From: the human T2T-CHM13v2.0 reference genome, Homo sapiens
Length of the DNA stretch: 64,000 bases
Assembly (NCBI RefSeq): GCF_009914755.1
Contig: NC_060931.1
Direction: 5' to 3' (one strand)
A program made the translations under genes and the position numbers. Under the pieces are notes generated by a model that was given only the letters and a program-made list of their open reading frames with translations, had not been told where the DNA came from and ran no database searches. Of this stretch, positions 37,951 through 50,059 are shown piece after piece (position 1 is the stretch's first letter; every line of letters begins with the position of its first letter).

Positions 37951-40731
37951 ATGCTAGCCTGCAACCCTGCTAGCCTCCCCCTAAAGGCCTTGCATATGAT
38001 AGCATCCATGCTACTCCCACCAGTATGTTTCAGATTTAACTGGCAGTTTTTAAAGCTGTATTTGTTTATGAGCTAAGTTCCAAACAGATATTTTTAAATC
38101 ATGTTCTGCTGTATTGGAAATCCTGGAACTTTAGGATAAAAATATTATTTTAATTAGTTGATGTTAAAAATGAAAATGTGGATTTTTTTTAAATAAAATA
38201 AAAGTAGTATCACAATACTGAATATGTAGTTTGGACTAAATTAATCCATGGAGCAGGTAAGTGCAAACAGGGAAAGATAAGAACATTTATAGAACTGAAG
38301 AGATCCAGAGCCTACTAATAATGACAGCTATCATTTTCAGGGATTTATAAATGTATAGCTTTATTACAAAAGGGTTAAATAGAGGTGCTGAAAGTTCTGA
38401 GGAAGGAAACATGATTCAGATGGGGAAGGTATCATTTTAAATAAAGCATGAAGGGTAGGTGGAATTTAGACATGCAAGGTTGGAGCAAGGCAGATTGTCC
38501 AGGTAGAAGAAATAACCCAAGCAAAAGCCTAGAACAAAGAAGTAATCAAATTCATTATTTTAAACATTAGTACATTTATTTTAATTAAGCCATGGGAAAA
38601 TACAGATAAGACATGTTATTGATTTACAAATATAAGTGGGCAAAGGTAAGCCTGATCCAGGACTAATACATCTACGTAGAATAAAATGTTCTTTTGCAAA
38701 TGGCCATTTTATGCCCACAAAGCAGAAGTTGATACCATCACACCTTGAAATTCAATATGAGTTTTAAAGTATGAACAGCCTGCTTAAACTGTCACGTTTT
38801 TTTATGTCATAAAACCCAAGTTGGGGGATGGTCATTTTGGTAAAAACCTATAAAAATTTAACTGCACACAATTTGACCGAGAAATGCCCCAGCTAGAAAT
38901 TTGCTCTGTCAGTATGGGAAAGTATACAAAGATAAATAGAGATCTATGTTCATAACAGAATTGTGCGTTTAACAGTCTCTACAAACCTGTTAAATGTCCC
39001 TCTCGAAAGAGCATTGGATAAATAACCCATACAATAGAATGTTTTAGAAGGATAAAGTAGCACTTTATGTGCTAATATGGAAAGATAACCAAGATAAATG
39101 GCTAAGTGATAAAAAAGAAAATGTGTACAGATATGTACATAGAAAACTCCTGAAAGGATACAAAAGACAATGTTAGCAGTATTTACTTCTAACCACAGAA
39201 TTTAAAGATGGCAGAGGAATGGGGGCTCTATTCATTTTACTTTATGGTCTGCTGTACTGTTTGAAATATTATACATGAGCATGGTTTTCTTTCAAAATAT
39301 CTATTAATTAAACTGAAAAAATATACGAAGTGTGAAAGGTGATTAGTTTTTCTTTTTAAAAAGAGCCCAATAGCATAATTTCTTTCAAATGAAAACCTCA
39401 TTAATATGGTATAACTTATTAGGTAATTTGAATTGCATAAAGTAGTGGATGGAGAAATTATTTTCTAAAATTATAAGTGACTAGTGTCTAGAAGGATAAA
39501 GAAATGAAATTATTTGAGCTTTATCTCATCCACATAGCTAGAATGGGTGGTGACCACATGGATTGCTCAAGAATGGGTAATGGCTGCGGAAATGTCTGTG
39601 CCTTTCAGATTTGATGACTACAAGTAGCTATATTTCAAGGTACCTGAAATACATTGCTATGTAGTCAAGGAAATCAGCAACAAAATGCTTTATGGAAATT
39701 AGTAAAATAGTTCATATAGCCATGTAAATAATGGGATAATGAAAATTTAAGATATAATAATGTACTGAAATATTTTAACTATCCAGGAGTTAGTTAGCAA
39801 AGGAATGGAAATGAAGACCCCTGGGTCCATTTCCTGGCTCTGCTGCTTACTAGCTGGATGACCTTCCGAATGTTACTCAGATGTTCTAACCCACAGTTGC
39901 CTTAATTGTCAAAGTACAATGTTTAAAATTAAACAAGATTCTTGTTAAATGTCTAGCACAAAACCTATAGTAATAGCACCAGTCACTATTTCAATTCCGA
40001 TATATGTTTGTAAAAGGCTGATTTCTAAGGTATATCAACAGATAGATGGATAGATATGTAATCTATCTAGCTACAGAGAATTCATATATATCATTAAGAA
40101 ATGATTTGTAATTTGTTTCATTTTTGTCTTTTTCAAAGGCTATAGTGTGTAACACTTAGCTTTATAAGACATAATATAGCTCTACATTAGAAAATGGTCC
40201 TGTTATTTGATCTAAACTTTTCCCTTGTTAATGTGTCTCTTTACACAGAGCACTACCTTGATTTGTAGTAATCACTGCCTTTCTTTTGGAATTTATAACC
40301 TTCACATAATTGTAGACAGTTGACATGTTCCCCCTTAGTCACCACTTAGCTAAAGCAGAGTGATTTCATCTTTTTAATCTCTTCCCACATGTCAATCCTC
40401 CAGTGCTTTTTACCATTTTGTTACTCCTCTATGAACTCCTTCCAGCTTGCCTGTATTTTTCTGTTAATGAGCTGCCCCCAGATGAATGCAATATTATAGA
40501 TCAAGTGTCTCTGGAGCATGAAAAGAAATACTAACAGCCTCAGCCTTGTGACTTGGTGTTTGCATTCAGTTAAAATTCACATTTCCTTGCTTTATTTCCA
40601 TATCACAGATCAGACCAATGTCCCATTTTCTCATATCCACCACTACCTCAATTTCAACACAATTTATCACACTCTTCTTCAGCTGCTAAGGTATACTGTT
40701 TTTAGAAGAATTAAAGCTTTTTCTTTCCTTC

Positions 40732-40762
<31 letters not shown>

Positions 40763-40844
40763 CTAAAGCTCAAGTCTCCATGCATTCCATAATTTTTGGT
40801 ATTAATCAAATATTCTCAAAGGCACCATTAACATAAAAAACAGT

Positions 40845-41320
40845 ATCAGTCAGGAACCCAGTAAATAGGAAATAGATGGCATGCTCAAATAAGATAATTT
40901 CAGGAGGATTTATTTACAAGGGTCTATTTATAAAGTGTAAAGGCAGAGAAGCCACAAGAACTAGTGTGACAAACTGGGGTCAATTGCATCAGAGCTTTTA
41001 CCATCCTTCAAGGGATAAGGGAAGGGAACACTTATCAGAACTTGAAAGCAAAGCGTGCCATAAAGAGCTTACCAACTGGAGACCTGGTCAAAGGACACAG
41101 CCAGTTGAAGACGACTTTGCCAGGAGTGATCCGGGAGCATAATAAACTGAATTCATTCTTCTCCCTTTTTATGATGTCCTACCAGAGCTACCTATTGGCC
41201 AGAGGGCATGGGAACTATTATAGTTCATTCAGGTCAGTCTCCCGCAGCAGAAAACAGGGAGGAAAATGGTGGAAAGGGTGGCAAGTGGATTTGGAGGAGC
41301 AAACAGAAGATATGAGGTAT
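40845..41320. mobile_element. Probable ancient ERVL/MaLR-class LTR relic
   Basis: 'tcagtcagga...aggaaatagatggcatgctcaaataagataattt...' resembles old LTR termini; family not determined. Confidence 0.4.
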
Positions 41321-41783
41321 GAAATATATGCAAATATGTATATAACATATATACATATATAACTTAAAATACATATGTGTGTTCCTCTTTATTTATACAT
41401 ACTGTATCTCAATGCCAACTGAGTTTCTATTACCTGATCTTCTACTGTCATGGGTTCAAGAAAAAAAGTTAAATATCTAAGGTCTGATCAGCTCTGATCC
41501 AGTGAGAATCAAAAATAAGAGAGATTGTGTTTATCCACAAATGGGTAGGAAAGAAATGATCTATTTTGAAATTAATTATGATTTTGCATTTGTTTCCCAT
41601 GTTAGCATAGATTTTTGCAACCCAAAGAAACGTTTTGTCAAGAGACAGTCTAGAACTGTAGTCTTTAAAACCAGAGATAGATGTCAAAAATCACTGGGAG
41701 AGATGTTCAAATAAGATTTTCCAAGAGGATGATGGTTCACAAGTGATTCTGATATATAGACTTGGTTAAGATGCGTGATCTCC

Positions 41784-42077
<294 letters not shown>

Positions 42078-42914
42078 ATGCATGATCTCCTAGTCTGTCT
42101 GCCATAGTCAGGGACTTAAGTTCTAGTTATGAAAACAATTGTAGCTATTATCCCTCTACATATGTACTATGTGCTATTTTTAGTGTGTGTGGGGGCTATA
42201 AAATGCTTTTACAAAAAAAAAAACAAGAATTGGGTAGAACTTTAAGGTCATTTAGCAATCATCTAGGCTAGTCCCTTCATATTCACATAAGAAAACACAA
42301 ATTCAGAACAATGAAGGACTCCATTATTTAATAGCAGAGAACTGACTTGAACTCAGCTCTCTCTTGCCCTCAGTCCAATATTGTCCATATTATTCCATAC
42401 ATATGCCAACTTCTAGTTTTAGAATTCATAATTAACAAATTAATCATTCTTTGAAAATAGTCATTAAAATTAATTTGTTCTAGATTTCATTTATGTTGTT
42501 AAAATCAATTAACTTTTGTGAACTTCCTTTTTTCCATTTGATGTAAGATCTCCAGGGGTGTCCAGATAATTTTTCTTTGTGACAAGCTCTCTCAACCTTT
42601 TCCAGCTTATGTACCCTTTAATAAATTTAATATCTTATAATGTTCTCTCTCTCCCTCAGAGACACTGCTATATTTCTATTTGAGAATTACTGATCTAAGT
42701 TATAAAAATGAATTATGTAATCTCTTAGAACTAAATTTGATATTTAGTATTTTAAAAGACTACTAGTGAAAGGATATCACTTCAAACATAGTTTGAGACA
42801 CAGATTTGTTCCTCAGATGTCAGTCACTGAAAAGTTTTCTTTGAAAATGTTCATATATACCAATAGGGCATGCACAGTTAAGTCAGAACAGAATGGAAAC
42901 TTCGCAAGATATAG

Positions 42915-43193
<279 letters not shown>

Positions 43194-46100
43194 TAATTGA
43201 TCATGTTACAGCAGAATAATTTGGCCACCAAAGGCAGCATTCAGATTGTTTAGCTTAATTTATGAAAGATAAACTAGTATAATACTCAAGCACCAAGGGC
43301 TTATTTTACAGGGATTGCATAATGTGCTTTAAATTTTGACCAAAATAAAGACATACAAATATATAGTCAGAAATCTAGATCTCTAAGGTGTTTAGCAAGC
43401 ACACATCAGAGATAACCTCTTCATTTTACACTGAAAATTGAAATTTCAGTGGTCAACTGGATTCTCCCTTGACTTGTGTGTGATTCCAGCATTAACCCTA
43501 GAAGGAAAATATATTATAAGCTTAAAGACAGATACCATCTAATAATATGTTAGGAAATTTTTAATTGACCCATAAAATTTATGCTCATAGTATATGCATT
43601 TTGATATTTAAAAATATAGCTAAGCACACTGTATTAGGAGTAAGTAGGCCTAAGTTCTAGAGCCATGCTTATTATTAAGAAACTGTGACCTTGGAAATCA
43701 TTTAAGTTCTTTGTATAAATGTCTGAATATTACTGAAAATCTCTTCAAAACTGTGAAATCTGCAGACATATGAACCTTTTATCATGAAAGTTGTCATTTA
43801 TTTGTGAAGCAAACGTATATTGACTTCTACTCTGTCAGGCACTGTGTTACATCCTAAGATTACAAAGTAAGTTATAAAATATAGAATCTGTTCTCAATAC
43901 CCTAGCATCTAATGGAGAGAGGGAACAACAGAAATTCTCCATCATTATGGATCTCCCTTTCTTGTGCTAATAGCTTTGGTTATTGATTGGGAAATCATAA
44001 ACTTGGCTTTAGGTGTTCTGCCCATAGTCTCCCCTTTATTATGTTAGAATTGGACTCTTGTATCATAGACAGATTTTTACAATTTTTTATTAGCAGCAAG
44101 AGACCATCCATCACTATTTCAAAGAAGTCTGGACTTGAAAACCTGCAAATAATGACGTTTGTGACTATTGACTTTGTTGATTTTGTTAACCATTCAGTGG
44201 CAGGGACTCAAGTGCTTGTATGCTAATCGAAAACTCTGCTAATTTTTTACCCCACACTTTCACCCTAGTTAAAAGGCATCAGCCAAGAAATACCAAGGAG
44301 TCCATACCAGAGTGAAATATCCCTTGGTATGATACAGATAGCCTAGAATCATTGCTTTGTGCAATTAGGGGGAAGGCAAAATTTAAAGTTCTATTTATGT
44401 TACTATGAATTATCAAAAGATTATTTTAAATTTAAACTTAAACTTCTTATTTCTAATAGTTACATTTAGACAATGTATATTTTCACTCGTTTTTTGGATG
44501 CATATGTCTTTTTTTAACTTTTATTTTAAGTTCATGGGTACATGTGCAGGTTTGTTATACAGGTAAATTCATGTCATAGGGATTTGTTATACAGATTTTA
44601 GTCACCTAGGTATTAAGCCTAGCACTCACTAGTTATTTTTCCTGATCTCCCTCCTCCAAAACCCCACCCTCTGGTAGGCCCCAGTGTGTGTTGTTCCCTC
44701 TATGTGTCCATGTGTTCTCATCCTTTAGCTCCCACTTATAAGTGAGTACATGCAGTATTTGGTTTTCTGTTCCTGAATTAGTTTGCTAAGGAGAATGGCC
44801 TCCAGCTCTATCCATGTTCCTGCAAAGGACATGATCTCATTCTCTTCTATGGCTACATAGTATTCCATCATGTATATGTACCACATTTTCTTTATCCAGT
44901 CTACCATTGATGGGCACTTATGCTGATCCCATGTCTTTGCTATTGTGAACAGTGCCGCAATAAACATATGTGTGCATGTATCATTGTAATAGAACAATTT
45001 ATATTCCTTTGGGTATGTACCCAGTAATGGTATTGCTGGGTGGAATGATATTTCTGTTTCTGGGTCTTTGAGGAATTGCCACACTGTTTTCCACAATAGT
45101 TGAACTAATTTACACTCCCACCAACAGTGTATAAGCATTTCCTTTGCTCCACAGCCTTGCCAGCACCTTTTATTTTTTACTTTTTAATAATAGTCATTCT
45201 GACTGGTGTGAGATGCTCTCTTATTGCGGGTTTGATGTTTATTTCTCTAACGATCAGTGATATTAAGCTTTTGTTCATATTCTTCTTGGCTGCATGTTAT
45301 GTCTTCTTTTGAAAAGTGTCTGTTCAGGTCCTTTGCCCACTTTTTAATGGGGTTGTTTGCTTTTATTCTGTACATTTGTTTAAGTTCTTTACTAAACCTT
45401 TGTCAGATGCATAGTTTGAAAATATTTTTCCCATTCTGTGGATTGTCTGTTTACTCTGTCACAGTTTCTTTTGCTATACAGAAGCTCTTTAGTTTAATTG
45501 GATCCCATTTGTCAACTGTTGCTTTTGTTGCAATTACTTTTGGTGTCTTTGTCATGAAATCTTTGTCCAGAGTGGACACCAAAAGTAATTGCAACAAAAG
45601 CAACAATTGACAGATGGGACCTAACTAAACTTAAGAGCTTCTGCACAGCAAAAGAAACTATCAACAGAGTAACCTACAGAATGGGAGAAAATATTTTCAA
45701 ACTATGCATCTGATAAAGATCTAACATTCAGCATCTGTAAGGAACTTAAACAAATGTAAAGAGTGTTTCTATGTTCAGAATGGTATTTCCTAGGTTGTCT
45801 TCCATGGTTTTTATACTTTGGAGTTTTACATTTAAGTCTTTAATCCATCTTGAGTTAATTGTTTTATATGGTGTAAGGAAGGGGGTCCAGTTTCCAGTTT
45901 CAAACTTACATATATGGTTAGCCAGTTATCCCAGCACCATTTATTGAGTAGATAGTACTTTCCCCCTTGCTTGTTTTGTCTGCTTTGTCAAATAACAGAT
46001 GGTTTTAGGTGTACAGCCTTATTTCTGGCTGCTCTCTTCTGTTCCATTGGTCTATGTGTCTGTTTTTGTACCAGTACCATGCTGTTTTGGTTACTGTAAC

Positions 46101-47345
46101 CCTATACTAGCGTTTGACCCTATGCTAGAGTTTGACCCTATACTAGAGTTTCAGGTAGCATGGTGCCTCCAGCTTTGTTCTTTTCACTTAGGATTTCCTT
46201 GGTTATTTGAGCTTTGTTTTGGTTGCACGTGAATTTTAAAATAGTTTTTTTCTCATTCTGTGAATAATGTAATTGGTAGGTTGATAGAAATATCATTGAA
46301 TCTGTAAATTGTTTTGGGCAATACAGCCATTTTTACAATATTGATTCTTCCTGTCCATGAGCATGGAATGTTTTTCTGTTTGTTTGTGCCATCTCTGATT
46401 TCTTTGAGCAGTGGTTTTTAGTTCTCATTATAGAGACCTTTCACCTTCCTGGTTAGCTGTATTCCTAGGTATTTGATTCTTTTTGTGGCCATTGTAAATG
46501 GGATCACATTTCTGATTTGGCTCTCGTCATGACTGTTGTCAGTGTATAGGAATACTAGTGATTATAGTTTGTTGATTTCATATCCTGAAACTTTGCTAAA
46601 GTTGTTTATCAACTGAAGGAGCTTTTGAGCCAAGACTATGGGGTTTTCTAGATATGGAGTTATGTCATCTGCAAACAGTGATAGTTTGACTTTTTCTCTT
46701 CCTATTTGGATGCCTTTTATTTCTCTCCCTTGCCTGATTGCCCTGGCCAGGATTTCCAATACTACATTGAATAGGAGTGACAAGAGAGGGCATCCTTGCC
46801 TTGTGCCAGTTTTCAAGAAGAATGCTTCCAGCTTATGCCCATTCAGTGTGATGTTGGCTCTGGGTTTGTCATGGATGGTTCTTATTATTTTGAGGTTTAT
46901 TCCTTCAATACCTACGTTATTGATAGTTTTTAACATGAAGGGATGTTAAATTTTATTGAAAGTCTTTTCTGCATCTATTGAGATAATCATGTGTTTTTGA
47001 CTTTAGTTCTGTTTAGATCACATATATTGATTTGTAGATGTTGAACCAACTTTGTATCTCAGGAATAAAGCCTACTCAATCATGGTGGATAAGATTTTTG
47101 GTGTGTTGCCGGATTTGCTTTGTCAGCATTTTTTGAGAAGTTTTGCAACAATGTTCATCAAGGATATTGGCTTGAAGTTTTCTTTTATTGTTGTATCTCT
47201 GCAAGGTTGTGGTATCAGGATAATGCTGGCCTCATAGAATGAATTAGGGGAGAGTCCTTCCTCTTCAACTGTTTGGGATAGTTTCAGCAGGAATGGTACA
47301 ATTTCTTCTTTGTACATCTGGTAGAATTCAGCTGTAAAACCATCT

Positions 47346-49620
47346 TGATATGGTTTGGCTATTTCCCCAACCAAATCTCAACTTGAATTATATCTCCCAG
47401 AATTCCCACGTGTTGTGGGAGGGACTCAGTGGAAGGTAAATTGAATCACGGGGGCCAGTCTTTCCAGTGCTATTCTCATGATAGTGAATAAGTCTCACGA
47501 TATCTGATGGGTTTATCAGGGGTTTCTGCTTTTGTTTCTTCCTTATTTTTCTCTTGCTACCTCCGTGTAAGAAGTGCCTTTCATCTCCTACCATGATTCT
47601 GAGACCTCCCCATCCATGTGGAACTGTAAGTCCAATTAAACCTCTTTTTCTTTCCAGTCTCAGATATGTCTTTATCAGCAGTGTGAAAAGGGACTAATAT
47701 AGTAAATTGGTACCAGTTGAGTGGGGCACTGCTGAAATATACCCCAAAATGTGGAAGTGACTTTGGAACTGGTTGGAACAGTTTGGGGGGCTTGGAAGAA
47801 GACAGGAAAATGTGGGAAAATTCAGAACTTCCTCGAGACTTCTTGAATGGGTTTGCCCAAAGTGCTGATAGCAATACAAACAATAAGGTCCAGGCTGAGT
47901 TGGTCTCAGACAAAGATGAGAAACTTGTTGCGAACTGGAGCAAAGGTGACTCTTGCTATGTTTTAGTGAAGAGACTGGCAGCATATTGCCCCTGCCTTAG
48001 AGAAGGGTGGAACTTTGAACTTGAGAGAGATGATTTAGGGTATCTGGCAGAAGAAATTTCTAAGCAGCAAAGCATTGAAAATGTGACTTGGGTGCTGTTA
48101 AAGGCATTCAGTTTTATAAGGGAAGCAGAGCATAAAAGTTTGGAAAATTTGCAGCCTGACTATGCAACAGAAAAGAAAAAAACCATTTTCTGGGGAGAAA
48201 TTCAAGGCAGCTGCAGAAATTTGCATAAGTAGCAAGGAGCCTAATGTTAATCCCCAAGACTATGGGGAAAATGTCTCCAGGCCATGTCAGAGACCCTCAC
48301 AGCACGCCTTCCCATCACAGCCCCGGAGGCCCAGGAGAAAAGTGGTTTGGTGGGCTGGGCCCAGGGTCCCCGTGCTGTGTGCAGCCTAGGGACTTGGTGC
48401 TCTGTGTCCCAGCCACTCCAGCCATGGATGAAAGGGGCCAACATACAGCCTGGGCTGCAGCTTCAGAGGGTAGAAGCCCCAAGCCTTGGCAGCTTCCATG
48501 TGGTGTTGAACCTGTGGGTACACAGAAGTCAATAATTGAGGTTTGGGAACCTTTGCCTAAATCTCAGAAGATGTATGGAAATGCCTGGATGCCCAGACAA
48601 AAGTTTGCTGCAGGGGCAGGGCCCTCATGGTGACCTGCTGCTAGGGCAGTGCAGAAGGGAAATGTAGGTTTGGAGACCCCACACAGAGTCCCCACTGGGG
48701 CATTGCCTCGTGGAGCTGTGAGAAGAGGGCCACTGTCCTCCAGACCCCAGAATGATAGATCCACTGACAGCTTGCACTGTGCACCTGGAAAAGCCACACA
48801 GACACTCAACACCAGCCTGTGAAAGCAGCCTGGAGGGGTGCTGTACCCTACATAGCAACAGCAGCAGAGCTGCCCAATACCATGGGAACCCACCTCTTGC
48901 ATCAGCACGACCTGGATGTAAGACCTGAAGTCAAAGGAGAGCATTTTGGAGCTTTAAAATTTGATGGCCCCACTGGATTTCAGACTTGCATGGGCTCTGT
49001 AACCCCTTTGTTTTGACCAATTTCTCCCATTTGTAATGGCAGTATTTACCCAATACCTGTATCCCCAATGTATCTAGGAACTAACTAGCTTGCTTTTGAT
49101 TTTATGGGCTCATAGGCAGAAGGGACTTGCTTTGTCTCATATGAAACTTTGGACTGTGGACTTTTGGGTTAATGCTGAAATTAGTTAAGGCTTTGGGGGA
49201 CTGTTGGGAAGGCATGATTGGTTTGAAATGTGAAGACATGAGATTTGGAGGGCCCAGGGGCAAAATGATATGGTTTGGCTGTCTCCCCACCCAAATCTTA
49301 ACTTGAATTGTATCTCCCAGAATTTCCACATGTTGTGGGAGGGACCCAGGAGGAAGTTATTGAATCATGGGGGCCGGTCTTACCCGTATTATTCTCGTGA
49401 TAGTGAATAAGTCTCATGAGATCTAATGGGTATATCAGGAGTCTCTGCTTTTGGTTCTTCCTCATTTTTCTCGTGCTGCTGCCATGTAAGAAGTGCCTTT
49501 CACCTCCCTCCATGATTCTGAGACCTCGTCAGCCATGCAGAACTGTAAGTCCAATTAAACCTCTTTTTCTTCTCAGTCTTGTGTACGTCTTTATCATCAA
49601 CATGAAAACTGACTAATACA
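47346..49620 (+). mobile_element. Full-length THE1 (THE1A-like) retrotransposon: LTR 47346-47701, internal region, LTR 49266-49620
   Basis: Two direct LTRs, MaLR internal sequence beginning gtaaattggtaccag, and a perfect TSD CATCT (47341-47345, 49621-49625). Confidence 0.95.
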
Positions 49621-50059
49621 CATCTGGTCATGGACTTTTTTGGTTGGCAGGCTATGTATTACTGATTTAATTTTGGAGCTCATTACTGGTCCATTCAGGG
49701 ATTCAATTTCTTCCTGGTTCAGTCTTGGGAGGGTGTATGTGTCTAGGAATTTATCAGTTTCTTCTGTTTTCTAGTTTGTGGGCATAGAGGTGTTCACAAT
49801 ATTCTCTAATGGTTACTTGTATTTCTGTGTGGTCAATGGTAATATCCCCTTCATCATTTCTGCTCTGTTTCTTTGTATCCTCTCTCTTTTCTTCTTTATT
49901 TTTCCAGAGAGTTGTCTATTTTATTATTTTCTTCAAAAATCCACCTGGATTTGTTGATCTTTTTAATGGTTTTTCATGTCTCAATCTCCTTCAGTTCAGC
50001 TCTGATTTTGGTCATTTTTTATCTTCTGCTAGCTTTGGAGTTAGTTTGCTCTTGGTTCT

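Noticed and set aside
40924-40933. Additional MEF2 consensus CTATTTATAA ~3 kb upstream
   Set aside because: An isolated match inside a probable LTR relic; such matches are expected by chance in AT-rich DNA.
43221-43240. CTCF-like TGGCCACCAAAGGCAGCA
   Set aside because: One base short in the core relative to the CTCF consensus; not supportable without ChIP data. The half-match near 26632 is weaker still.
47717-48633. 171-aa and 129-aa ORFs
   Set aside because: Frameshifted remnants of the THE1/MaLR internal ORF; a homologous fragment is in the second THE1 (51816-52058).
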